64,000 nucleotides of DNA, taken from assembly GCF_006345805.1 (NCBI RefSeq), contig NC_043004.1:18538001-18602000 (forward strand), read 5' to 3'. Positions 40,600-52,897 of this stretch are shown here, one piece after another. The translations under genes and the position numbers were made by a program. Within the stretch, counting starts at the first letter, position 1, and each line of letters opens with the position of its first letter. Under the pieces are notes generated by a model. The model saw only the letters and a list, made by a program, of their open reading frames with translations. It had not been told where the DNA came from and made no database searches. The DNA comes from Octopus sinensis. Its lineage: Eukaryota.

Positions 40600-41372
40600 G
40601 GTTCTGACAACATTGTTTTTTTTTAAAAATGGTGAGTGCATAATAATAAAAATTAGACGAAAGACATGCAAAATATAACACCCTATATTGGATTATCTAT
40701 AAATTAAATACCAAAGTAAGCCTATACAGTATAATAAAATGAAATAAACTAAGTCAAAGGTTTTTCCTATGGAATATGTAGAAATATAAACAAAATAAAC
40801 AAAATATATGCACAAGATTATGCTATATGGAATGAAATCTGCATAGCGCGAAACAAATCCATCGGTGTGATTACAGACTAATCCGAGAATCAAAAATTCA
40901 AAAAGACAAAATATACTCTATCCATATGGGATATTTATGTTCGACATTTTGAATTTGGTTGCGTGCCTGCATGAGTTCAAAAGTTCGCTTCTTTGATTCA
41001 AAGAATTATTGTCTTTGAATAAAATATAAAATTTTTCTAACAGACAAAGATTGCATTAAAAATTTTTCTTGTGTGCCCCGTGTCTGTATGGTACCGCTCT
41101 GTCCAGAATGCTCCATGTCACGTTGAAAGGTGGGGCTTCCTTTTTTTTTAGTTCCCAGACATATTTTGCCAGACTGGTCTTCTTCCTATTTTCTTGGTAT
41201 CTAAATGAATTTTTATGCGAATAAAATCGCGTTTTGAACGAATTTTCCGAAGCCCTTGTATAGGTCTTGTATTCCGATGAGCCTTCTATTTGCACCTTGG
41301 TTCTATAAACGACCCCTTTTACTAAACATTTCCCTTCCAACGGACAGGAAGATTCATCTTTACAATTGCATG
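40600..41372 (-). mobile_element. Penelope-like element: GIY-YIG endonuclease and 3' region, 5'-truncated at a TA-rich repeat
   Basis: CNCKDESSCPLEGKCLVKGVVYR...FKTRFYSHKNSF...TSLAKYVWELK...WSIL..A.PY, then (frameshift) CNLCLLEKFYIL...LNQRSELLNSCRH. Confidence 0.9.
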
Positions 41373-41440
41373 CATATATATAAATAAATAATCATATATA
41401 TACATATATATATATATAAATAAATATACATACATATATA

Positions 41441-41499
<59 letters not shown>

Positions 41500-41503
<4 letters not shown>

Positions 41504-41741
41504 GATAAGGATAATATCGATATTTAAATATCGATATTATCAAGTGGCCAGCAGGGGAATAACTACCATACAAAGGTAATAATTTTTTACAACTATAAAT
41601 AAGGGTATCTGAGAGCCACCACCATGACGAAATAGCAGTCAAATCCCTGACTCTAAAAACCACCTTAAATGTTCATATCGCACCATGAATCTCATGGTGC
41701 GATATGAACATTTAAGGTGGTTTTTAGAGTCTGGGATTTGA

Positions 41742-41744
<3 letters not shown>
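41500..41744 (+). mobile_element. PLE-like end with a 32-bp palindrome and a 53-bp fold-back hairpin, inside (TA)n
   Basis: Perfect palindrome 41510-41541; arms 41636-41688 and 41692-41744 with 1 mismatch; head shared with 43515-43620. Confidence 0.65.
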
Positions 41745-41772
<28 letters not shown>

Positions 41773-41783
<11 letters not shown>

Positions 41784-42335
41784 GCTAGCACTTAATCCCA
41801 GTTTCACCCGGTCTGTTTGGATTGTGGCTGTGATCGTTTTTTCGGTTAGGCATAATCTAAAATAGCGTTTCTCAACCTTATCATTTCGGGTCCCCTGTTT
41901 CGATTGGAGCCTCCAGCTGTATGGAAATTTCTCCCCTGCTTCAGGAGTTGTGAAGAAAGAATATGTACGTAGTCTGTTTCTGAGAGCTATTGTACTGGAC
42001 CTCTGTCTAATCATTACGACATTTATTTAATTATGAACATAGAAAGAAATTATACATTAATCTCTATTTTTGTAAGATGTTGTATCCATAAAAATTTATT
42101 TACAGATAGCAGAAATAGAAAGAAGATATGTGAAACGGACGTATGTGCATGTGTGTGTGTGTTTGTGCGTGCGTGCTTGCGCGTGTGTATGTGAGAGAGA
42201 AAGAAGATGAGAAAGAGAGATAGCGGGAGTGAAGTGAAAATATCTTCGCAGAAACCAGCTTCAGGAGTTGTGAAGAAAGAATTTGTACATAGTCTGTTTC
42301 TGAGAACTATTCTATTGGACCTCTGTCTAATCACG
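41773..42335 (-). mobile_element. Helitron-like element with an internal duplication
   Basis: Minus-strand 3' end ccgggtgaaactgg...gtgCTAG at about 41776-41810; 76-bp duplication 41938-42014 versus 42258-42333. Confidence 0.5.
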
Positions 42336-43436
42336 TCTTTTAAGGTACACACACATACATAGAATATGTGAGGTCATAGTAGAAAATTTACCGAAAGTTT
42401 TTACGATAGTTCATTTATGGAAAAGATTACGTGAAATTTTTGAATTGCAAATCTGTGAATGAAAATGAAATTCAGACGTCTACATGGTAGGTAAACCTGG
42501 TAGAAATAGCAGCCAAATCTACCTCAAAACACCCTACTGTATTAATCCAACAATTCTGCATATTATGTCGTTTGAATGAGAAACTAACTAAATATGAAGA
42601 TAATTAACCCCACAAAGTGAAGAAGTTGACGTTAAGAATTGCTTTAACAGTTAGAAAAAGTTTGATATTTCAATCATCACCTAGAAATGAAGCTGTAAGA
42701 ATTTACGGGGAAATTGTATGTAAGAAGTAAAGCAGAAATGATTTTTAACTGTACTGCCGAAGTTCTGCAACTTAATAGCAGACGTATCCAATTTAAGAAA
42801 AATGAAGATAAAAGGTAAAGTGGAGAAGTATGGAAGAAGTCCTTGTTATACGCTTATAGTTAAAATAGACACGTACCTTTTTAGAGAAGAAAATGTAGGT
42901 GAGAGCTATTGTATTGGATATCTGTGTAATGAGAGAGCAGAAATTGAAAGAATGGACGTGTGTGTGTATTTCTAATTTCGCGGGATTTTTCCAGTCAGCA
43001 GGATGTGGTTTGTATTTATCTCTGGAGGGGTGGAAAGTTGTTGTGAAAGTGAGAGACAAATAATATGAGTGAAATTCCTATGTGAGGGAGAGAGAGCGTG
43101 TGTGTGTGTGTTTGGTGGGGTGTGCGATATGGGCGAGAGAGTTAACTGAAAGTTTGTTATTCACTTGTAGTGATAGAATGTGTGAGTGAGTAACAGAGTA
43201 AAGGAGAGAGAGGTTATGAATGTTGGCGGAGAGATTCCATTAGAAAAGTTTTAATCGATTTTCTCGGTAACTATGGGGGCTAGGAAAAAATACAAACTGC
43301 ATTCCAATCTATGCACCCGTCCCCAAATGTGTGACATTTTTCACGTGAATCCACGGAGCCGTTTGGCTGTGAACCTCAAGACAAGAAAGAATACAACGCT
43401 CGCCCATGTCCAATTTATATCATATATATATATATG

Positions 43437-43510
<74 letters not shown>

Positions 43511-43514
43511 ATTA

Positions 43515-43784
43515 ATATAGGATAAAATTCTTTTCGGGAAAAAATTTTTATCAATGGCCAGCATATCAAAAAATGCCTTTAAAGGTAAAATTTATATATA
43601 ATTTACAAGATAAGGGCAGAAGAAAAATTCTAATCCCAAATATGCCGAAACCAAAAACTATCGATAACCATTATAATTTATGCGTCTCGAAACAAACCGA
43701 TAGAAATCTCTAAAAAATTGTTTCGAGACGCATAAATTATAATGGTTATCGACAATTTTTTGCTTCGGCATATTTGGCATTAGA

Positions 43785-43786
<2 letters not shown>
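43515..43786 (+). mobile_element. PLE-like end with a 69-bp fold-back hairpin, inside (TA)n
   Basis: Arms 43627-43695 and 43718-43786, 5 mismatches, 22-nt loop. Confidence 0.65.
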
Positions 43787-43821
<35 letters not shown>

Positions 43822-43822
<1 letters not shown>

Positions 43823-44076
43823 TCACAGATTCAGCGTGACAAAGAGTGTGGCAAGGCTGGCCCTTTGAAGTACGGTTAGAAAGAAACAAGAAGGCAGAGT
43901 GAGAGAGAGATAATTGTGGTGGAAGGGTACATCAGGGTTCGCCACCAACCCCTGCTGGAGAACGTGGAGCTTTAGCAGTTTTCGCTCAATAAACACTCAC
44001 AACGACCGGTCTGGTAATCGAAAACTGGATCCTGCGACCGCGAGCCCGCTGTCCTAACCAGTGGGTCATTATGCCT

Positions 44077-44077
<1 letters not shown>
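43822..44077 (-). mobile_element. tRNA(Arg)-like SINE
   Basis: ggaggcataatgacccactggttaggacagcgggctcgcggtcgcagga...ttcgattaccagacc head on the minus strand. Confidence 0.75.
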
Positions 44078-44126
<49 letters not shown>

Positions 44127-44319
44127 TATATATAAATATATATGTACATATATTTTTATATACATACATATATATATATATATATATACATATATATATA
44201 CATTATATACATTATATACATATACATATATATATACAAATGCATACATATACGTATACATATATACATATGCATATATATACATACATGCATACATATA
44301 CATTCATATATGTATATAC

Positions 44320-44359
<40 letters not shown>

Positions 44360-44479
44360 CATATATAAATATATAAATACATGCATATACATGGATATAT
44401 ATATATACATATATACATATATATATATATACATATATATTTCTTTGTATGTGCGCCGTAAGGCTAAGACATTTTTATA

Positions 44480-44830
44480 TGAAGCATTTCGTTTAAACGA
44501 CCTATACAGATAACACTCCCTGCACTAAGATCTCATGGAACGTAGTTTTGAGGTAAGACTCATCAACTATACCTTTTTGTAGTAAATCACAATGGTAATA
44601 CCCCAAAACTCTCTAGCTCTGTATAGAGTCCAAAGGAGAAGACCACCAGTTATTCCAGCAACTGGAAAATCCAAGGACAGTGGAAACTCTACACGAATGG
44701 CAACCGCATATGCGAAATTTGTAATACAGAAAAGATGCTTATCCTGAAGTACTTGCTGGAGAGTAGAACCTATCTAAATGCCATAAGTGGAGTTTTCGAT
44801 AGCTGCCCGCCCACAACCTAGTGCATTCTA
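44480..44830 (+). mobile_element. Degenerate Penelope-like GIY-YIG fragment
   Basis: NWKIQGQWKLYTNGNRICEICNTEKMLILK...LNAISGVFDSC. Confidence 0.7.
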
Positions 44831-44989
44831 ATTTGTTTGTCTCTTTCACAAGAACAAGCGACATTATGAACTTCCATACGTTACTTGTCTTTTTTCTCTA
44901 TCATTATTTCATTCTAAAACTTTTTTTATCCTATTCATTTACCTTTACATTATCCCTCTCTATTGACATAAAATTCTCTATTCAGATAC

Positions 44990-47030
44990 GATCTGCGTGA
45001 CCCGGCGGAGTTTGTTAGCGCTTGCAATGACACATTTGAGAAATTCAGTTAGAAACGTCTGAATATGTTTGTGAGGTTTTTGCACATTCCGCTCTTATAG
45101 GTTATCCCCCTCACATAGTTGTTGCAATCTCTCACTAGCACCAAAGAACGGAATGTTCTCAGGTTATCTTTCGACGCCTAACAATCTGTAAGCCATGCTG
45201 CCCAATTTGTAAGCGGTTACAAATTGGGCCGTATGGCAATTGCTGCTGGTCACTTACAACGCCCTCGACTTATCCTCTGGGTCCGGAAGACTGTCCACAT
45301 TGTAAGATCAAGATCTTTCCGAAACAACTCAGTGACTACTCCTCCCAACACTGGTCAACTTGGAGATGAATAAAACTTGCTGTTTGCAAAGTTTGGTGCG
45401 AGGTTTCATGCTCCGGTGTCGCTGATAGCCACAGACATCTATGTCTGGTGATCTGAGGTCGTTGAGTAGGCGGCCCTTATTTCTAAGGTGACCCAGGCCT
45501 CATGCACTTACACTGCCCATTCTTAATAAGACCTTGTTGGATGAGTAGAGGAAACTGAGAGGAACTTTATTTCAAGCCTTATTTCTGTCCTTTCGATTAG
45601 TCGTGGTTGTTCTTACCAGTAAATTTATATTGTCCATCGGATGTCCCCTATTTCATTAGGATATATTTAGCATGTGATAAGCCTCTTGTGTTGACTTTAG
45701 GATCTGTATGCATGTATTTTATATTATTTGTTGGTGCGATAGATATAGTTATTGTATGTAATGCTAGTGTGTTGATGCTTTCGGTTCATTAATTCCTTGT
45801 TGTTTATGTATATAGCAGCGTAGTTTCTGAAGTTTCTTTGCGAGTGTTGTTCTTAATACTGCTTTGAATGTGAATTGTGTTATACTTATTGTGGTGCTTG
45901 CTCATGTTTTCTGGTGGTGCTCATGTTGTGGTAGTGCTCATGTTATGGTGATGCTCATGTTTGTGAGGTGGTGTTGGTTGTACTAGTGTCGGTGGTGTTG
46001 ATGTTGCTATTGTACTATCTTCAAGTCTTCTACATTCAAATCTCCCTGCTGCGTTTTGTGAGGGCTGAATTGTTTTGTTCCCTTTTTTTAGCCTTTTCAT
46101 CCTCTTTGTATGGGGACAGTTTTCTAGTTTTCAGCCTCTCCGTTCTAGTTTGAGTGATTTGAGTGGTAAAAGCCATCTTTTGTGGATTTTTAAAAATCGG
46201 TTTTGGAAGATACTGTTGCAGATGTTAGCGACATTGTTCCCCATGTTTTGTTAATAATACTGAAAATTTTCAGGGCATTGGCATCACCATACATGTAGGA
46301 CCTGGGCCTTCTGCCCTCCGCTGGATCATAGAATTTTGCCCCATTCCGCTGGATCGTTTCATCTCGATTCTGAATCAGTTCTTTTGACAAGATTTTTAAC
46401 GTTTAGGAGAGTTTTACTTCTCTCTGGGAGAAGGCACCCACCAAATGTTCAGCTCTGGTTGTACTCTGAGTATCTTTAACCTCATTAGCTGCCTTCTCAA
46501 ATAAGTGGAAACAAGGACAAATTCCTTATTCCCACAGAGAGCAATGGAATGCTTTGCTTTGAAGGCTTCATTGAGAAATTTTTCTTAAAGTGCAGAATTA
46601 TTGGATCTTAGTGATTAACTTCATGTCCGCTTATATTCATCGCAAACACCTTTCTTCTTGGACATGCATGGTTATTTTCTCGTTATGGTTTTCGACCAAC
46701 GTACCCTTGTAAAGTATTGTTCTTGTGGAAGTCTTTTCCATAAGTCGCTCTGTCACTTATAATGTAACTCCTCGTTGGCTGATTTTTATTAGGTGTTAAG
46801 CAGATTTTTATTAGGTATTTATTAGGTATTTTAAATTGGTAAGTTTAGCTGCCAAAGAGATCTGGATGATATCTGTTGCCACGCCTGCTGATGTGATCTG
46901 GTGTTGTAAGCGGTTACATTTGAAATAGTTGTTTAGCTGCCAAAGAGATCTGGATGATATCTGTTGCCACGCCTGCTGATGTGATCTGGTGATGTCAGTG
47001 GTCACATTTGAAATAGTTATAGTAGTGGCA
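44990..47030 (-). mobile_element. 5' half of a decayed L1/Tx1 LINE (ORF1 knuckle remnant and AP endonuclease)
   Basis: GSVSA*GLGHLRNKGRLLNDLRSPDIDV, GGVVTELFRKDLDL, LVLVRDCN (APE motifs, 45130-45530); EGRRPRSYMYGDANALK resembles a degenerate CCHC knuckle. Confidence 0.7.
46843..47018. repeat. Two tandem 88-bp units
   Basis: tttagctgccaaagagatctggatgatatctgttgccacgcctgctgatgtgatctggtg at 46844 and 46932. Confidence 0.9.
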
Positions 47031-47769
47031 TTATTAGAATTATTAGTCGTCGTAGCATAACCATTTAATTTTCAGCTATCGACGATGTGCTGATGTGGTA
47101 CTTACCGCGATGCCACATATTTCTTCGCCTGCCTTGTTATTTATATTGCCGTTGTTGTTGTTGTTGAAGCTACTGTTACTGCGGTGGTGGTGGTGGTGGT
47201 TTGATGATGATGAATGGTTGTTGTGTTAACAATACGCTCGATCTTGGTTTCTGAGTTATTAATACTGCTTCCGCTGCTGCTGTTACATTATTGCTCTTGT
47301 CGATACGTCCAACTCTTGCGGTAGAATTTGACAGGTCATTGATATTCATCTTTGTTAGGAATGTTCCTGTGGTAGTTGTACTTGTTAATGTTATTGTTGT
47401 TGCTGCTGATGAATAGAATCGTTGCAGTAACGATGGTGTAATTTTTAGATTTTGTATTTTGCAGAGGTCAAAATATTCATTCATTGATTGACAGAAGAAG
47501 AGAGACTCAATGTTAGGTTCTATTCTCCTTTCAAAACCACCTCCCGTTCTTTGTTTAGCTGTCTGTTTGTTAAAGAGATCATCACCCTACACATTTGTAT
47601 AACGGGCAAAGAAATGATAGAGTATAATTCAAATTTTGTTCCAAATGTACAAGAAACGAAAAGGCTAAGCAGCCCCTCTGCGTTTTAGCTAGATTAACAA
47701 AAGGTAAATAACAGACAATAGCAATGAAAAATTTATCTAGATATACTAATAAGCAAATTCTTACGCAGA

Positions 47770-48940
47770 GATCCCGAAAAGTTCTACACTGGATTAAGTA
47801 TTTCCTGGCGAATAGAACACAACATGTTGTAGTTGATGGAGTCCACTCAAACCCAGCAAAAGTTACCAGCAGTGTTCCCCAGGAAACTCTTTTGGGTCCG
47901 CTACTCTTCATAATTTACGTAAACGACCTTTCCAGTGTCGTACATTACTGCAAAGTGAAAATATTCGCTGATGACACTAAGCTCCAGCAAATCGTCAATG
48001 AAGAAGCAGACCGAACTCAACTCCAGTCTGATCTATATGCTGTGAGTCAATGGGCAGACAGAAACAAAATGCAACTGAATGAGGGAAAATTTGAGCTGAT
48101 GCATTTTGGAAGAAATTCCTCACTAAAACAACCATACTCTCTTCCTTCAGGGGAACCGCTCACAGCCTCTAACAATATCAGAGACCTGGGTGTAATTGTT
48201 GATGACGATCTCAGTTGGAGTGCACACATCAACAAGAAGGATATAGCTCGTAGGATGAGTTCCTGGATCTTAAGAACTTTCCGGTCCAGAGAACAAGGTG
48301 TCATCATACCACTTTTTTCCTCCTTTGTATGGCCACACCTTGAATACTGCTGCCCACTGTGGTCTCCTCACACAAGACAAAACATCTCCAGAATTGAGTC
48401 ACCCCAGAGGGCTCTCACTAAACAAATTGAAGGCATGGCTGCTCTCGACTATTGGGATCGCCTTAAAGCCTTGAAACTTTACTCCCTCCAGCGTCGCCGT
48501 GAGCGGTACATCATTTGTACGATGTGGAAAATATACCGCCAACTTTGCCCAAACGACCTAAACATTAGCTTCAAGGTTCATCCAAGACTTGGACCACGGG
48601 CTATACGTCCCCTGCCCAATTCAAGATCACAACATACATGTACACTGCAACATAATTTCTTTTCCTCAACAGGCCCTGCCCTATTTAACATTGTCCCGAG
48701 GGAGATCAAAGAGGAAAAGGATCCCATCAACTTTAAACAGAGTCTGGATAGATTCCTTCAAAGAATACCAGATAAGCCACCCATAATTGGATACAACTCA
48801 TCCAACAAGAACTCACTACTTGAACAAAATTTGACTTAAACAAAACTTGACTTAAACAGGATTCGAATAATCCTATCAGGTGGTGCTATTAAGTTAGACA
48901 TGGCCTGGACCAATCTTTGGTCGAAACATATCTAAGTTTA
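47770..48940 (+). mobile_element. 5'-truncated CR1-like LINE, RT C-terminal half with open ORF 47724-48839
   Basis: WIKYFLANRTQHVVVDG, SVPQETLLGPLLFIIYVNDL, FADDTKL, RDLGVIVD, PHLEYCCPLWSPH, LYSLQRRRERY. Confidence 0.9.
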
Positions 48941-50677
48941 TCTACAATAATAGCAGCAGTAACGGTAACAACAATTACAACAATAATTTTGTCAAAAATT
49001 AATTAAAAAATAAAACAGAAAAATTATCTACAGAATTTAGAGTGCAACATTTAAAAGGATGATATGTAAAAATATATTGGATTTCTGTAAATAAAATAGA
49101 TTTCTGAAAATAGAATAGTATTGGAAATAAATGATAAATGAACTCGACAAAAACCACGAACGAATAAAAACAGCTTTCCTTTTAATTGAGGTATGAATTC
49201 ATGAAGAGAAACTGCATAAGTGTCTACAGTCAAAATAAATAAATAAATAAATAAATAAATCTATAATTGACCAGATAAATAAGTTTTCAAAACAGACATT
49301 TTTCAATTCCAAAATTCCATGGTAACTGTAATGTGATAAGTGAAACATGCTGATAGTTTGATATGATACACTGAAAATGATTTTGGGACAGGCCAGCCAT
49401 AAATGAAATCCAATATAACATATAAGATAAGAATATAATTTATGAGTAACACTTCCTAGAAAGTAAGCTCTAAGCTTACAACAAAGCAACACAATAATAC
49501 TATACACTGGGATCACGGTTGGTCTTTAATGATGTGAAAGAGTGCATCAGTAAAATATAACAAATCGTATCCCTAGAACGTGGTGTGTAGAAGCATAACA
49601 TGTGTTATCCACTAAAAGTTTCAAAAACTTGCCGAATGCCACATTTAGATTTTTACATGTCTTCAAAATAATAATGAAACTATTTAATCAAACAGTTTTC
49701 TAGAACACCGTTTCGTAGTCGCGGGTATTAAAAAAATTAGTTGGAAGCCTTGCTGGGAATGATTTCAGGAATTTTTCTTTATAAATTTGAAAAGAAAAAC
49801 CGAACGTTCAGAATGCTATTGAAAAAATATGAAAAGCAGCAAAAACAACACTGTAGATATATATTCACTTCCAACCCCACCTCTCTCTCTCTCTCTCTCT
49901 TGGAGATTATATCTGCTGGTATAATGTAAACACCAAAGCTTTGCAGTTTAAAGAATCACAACAAGAGCCACAGCAAGACAAATATGAAATACTTTGATTT
50001 AATTACTGCTCTGATATCCAATGTAAATATTTAATGCAAGCATCTCAAAGTACATAAGAATTAGAGATTAAGCAGTAACTTTGCATCTTAAAATAGTGAA
50101 GGGTCACACCATATGAAAAGTACAGAAGATTGTTATGTTACGATTTTCAGGTTATTCCAGCAGCGGCTCTACTTTTTGATTTTGTGATACAGTGGAGATC
50201 ACATCAAAAATACTTTTTTGCATAGGCGTTATAAAACTGTTTCGATATTAAATTTTAGAAGAATATAGCGCAAACCATTACTCGGTTTTATTAATTATAA
50301 ATGTTAATAACAAAATTGTTAATGACGTTCACGATTTTGGGAGGGATTTTCCAAAGGGTTTAAATTTTTAATAAATCTGCAGCACATTAACATTGAAGTA
50401 CATCGCTTGAGAGTCACTACAACAAACGATTCTACTCATAAATCCTGAAGAGACATTATGGTGTATATAACCATTGTATATACAAAAAAATGGGATAGAC
50501 ATAATTAATCTTAAATATTCTTGAACAAGGCTGATTCAGACCTAAACAACAACTTCAGTTACATATAAAAGAATCACATTAAAGAGTACAACCATTGGCA
50601 AACATTAAAGTAAAAGTTCTAGTGGTATTTTAATGTCTATATGAAGAAAGCGAGTATTTTTTATATGATTTCTGCAG

Positions 50678-50755
50678 TGCTACAGTCAAAAATGAAAAAC
50701 ATTGCATTACTGAAGCCACCATAAAACTGCAGTGTTACGGGATATTCCCAAATTG
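50678..50755 (+). CDS. Candidate exon of an unknown plus-strand gene
   Basis: tttttatatgatttctgcag| ATVKNEKHCITEATIKLQCYGIFPN(W) |gtatgc; only open frame; phase 2 to 2. Confidence 0.4.
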
Positions 50756-50904
50756 GTATGCCTTTTAAAATATTTAAACTAAATCTTTTCTCTAAATTTT
50801 AGAACAGTAACTGAAAGAATTTCATATTTCTCTTATCACGAGTCTTTGAAATAAACGGTAGAACCATAGTGTTTACGATATACTAACAGATCTGGTCTTC
50901 ACAG

Positions 50905-50945
50905 GATTTGTTATTGTAAAATAGCATTTCCTAGCCTTTTACTGA
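50905..50945 (+). CDS. Candidate exon
   Basis: tactaac..cttcacag| (W)ICYCKIAFPSLLL |gtgagc; phase 2 to 1, matches neighbours. Confidence 0.3.
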
Positions 50946-51592
50946 GTGAGCACCCCTTGATAGCTAGTCAAATTATGATATAAAGGCTGGTGAAATTTCA
51001 TCTGAATTTGTAGAAAGCGAAATAAATAGACAAATAAATAAAAATGGATCACGTAAAGAAATGTAGTCAGTTAACAAGCATCTTCAAGAAAACAACAATC
51101 ATCGCATGTTAAACTTCAAATAAGAGTGTGACTTCCATAAAGTTAAAACAAACAGCGTTTGACTCTTGTTCCATAGTTTCGCCTAGATTCTCTGTGTTTA
51201 GTTTTTGCTTTAGTACTTGTCAGTGTCAATGTTATGTCATAATTCGTTCGATTCCATTTTGTTGATTATTTTAGTTTTGATATGCAGTTTAGAAGAAAAT
51301 GTAGATCAGAAATAACGAGTCTTATACCATCTTTGAAATTGAGGTTATACAGTTAGCTGCTTTAACCAGATGTCTGTCAAGGAAAGGAATTGGAAAATAT
51401 GTTTGCTGGCTCTGTTACTTTGTTTTTCTTGTAGCCGCTTTTCAAGGCACTTCTTCCACGTATTCTGAAACTCCGACATATATTTACTTATTCCTTCTTT
51501 CAACGATGGATCGATTCCCAACTATTCTCTAATGATTTTTGATAATCAAAAGAAACGAAGAGAAATGAATGTTCTTTTTAAAATTTGGCGCA

Positions 51593-52035
51593 TATAGGCG
51601 CAGGAGTGGCTATATAAGCGCAGGAGTGGCTGTGTGGTAAGTAGCTTGCTAACCAACCACATGGTTCCGGTTCAGTCCCACTGCGTGGCATCTTGGGCAA
51701 GTGTCTTCTGCTATAGCCCCGGGCCGACCAATGCCTTGTGAGTGGATTTGGTAGACGGAAACTGAAAGAAGCCTGTCGTATATATGTATATATATATGTG
51801 TATGTGTGTGTATGTGTTTGTGTGTCTGTGTTTGTCTCCCTAGCATTGCTTGACAACCGATGCTGGTGTGTTTACGCCCCCGTCACTTAGCGGTTCGGCA
51901 AAAGAGACCGATAGAATAAGAACTGGGCTTACAAAGAATAAGTCCCGGGGTCGATTTGCTCGACTAAAGGCGGTGCTCCAGCATGGCCGCAGTCAAATGA
52001 CTGAAACAAGTAAAAGAGTAAAAAGAGTAAAAGAG
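51593..52035 (+). mobile_element. Full-length CORE-like SINE with a duplicated 5' tip
   Basis: gcgcaggagtggct occurs twice at the 5' end; (AAAAGAGT)n tail. Confidence 0.9.
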
Positions 52036-52763
52036 TTCTAAATTAGAACTTTTATCGTTGATTCCCGAATCTTATCAAGATATCGTAGTCTACTTGATTT
52101 TGGCCTCTGCACTACTATGTTGAAGTCATCCAAATACTTGCACGTGTCTGAATTTTAGGCAACAAGTTTAATTTATGGTTCTCAGACTTTTCTGCTTTAT
52201 CGTCTATATGTTTTCAGAGAGAAGTAACAATATCCTCAAGCATAATTTCGATTCACTACAAAACTTAGTCCCGTGATAGCCAATGCCCAACAGTATGAAA
52301 AAGCAGAAATTGCTGCTTACTTTTTAATTCCTAATGGAAATAATTAGAACTTCTATGACTGAGATCTTTGCGTCGAATGAAATATACAGTTTCAATTATA
52401 ATATACATATTCTGTTTAAATTTGGTCGGTAAAGAATTCACTGAAATTGCCTATTGTGATGTATCCTCTCCTTTGCCAGAGCTGTAAAACTAGAATTGAG
52501 TTCAATCATAATTGATTCACCGTCATTACACATAGACACTTGCATGATCAAAAAGACTTATTACGTTCAAAACAATTGTGAAGGAAACAGAAAATACCAA
52601 CATCTTTGATAGTGATTATCAATGGTTTACAAAACAATTTATCTTTTAAGGCATCATCAAGCAGGCATCAGATAGACAGAATTAATTGGTTCATGTCTTA
52701 GACGTTAGTCGTTTCATACGTGTTGAGAGTAATGAAAATCATTTCATCTCATTTACTAACTAG

Positions 52764-52897
52764 ATAAGGAAACCTCATCAGTTTGCAATGACGTTATTGA
52801 AGACAAGAATATCAAGGATTTTATTTGCTTCCTTTTGTTCGATGGCAAGCTTTATCATTTCAAAGAATATTGTTTTGACAATCTTCTCCGGTACACA
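52764..52897 (+). CDS. Candidate exon
   Basis: Perfect branch point TACTAAC then tag|; open frame KETSSVCNDVIEDKNIKDFICFLLFDGKLYHFKEYCFDNLLRYT; ACA|gtgagt donor; phase 1 to 0. Confidence 0.5.

Noticed and set aside
110-44434. Many ORFs rich in CV/YI/HT/SL/ER dipeptides
   Set aside because: Translations of (CA)n, (TA)n, (GA)n and (TATG)n microsatellites
47176-47484. 102-aa low-complexity minus-strand ORF near a gtaagt donor at about 47100
   Set aside because: Built from AAC/ACC/ATC triplet repeats; the frame reaching the donor is closed upstream
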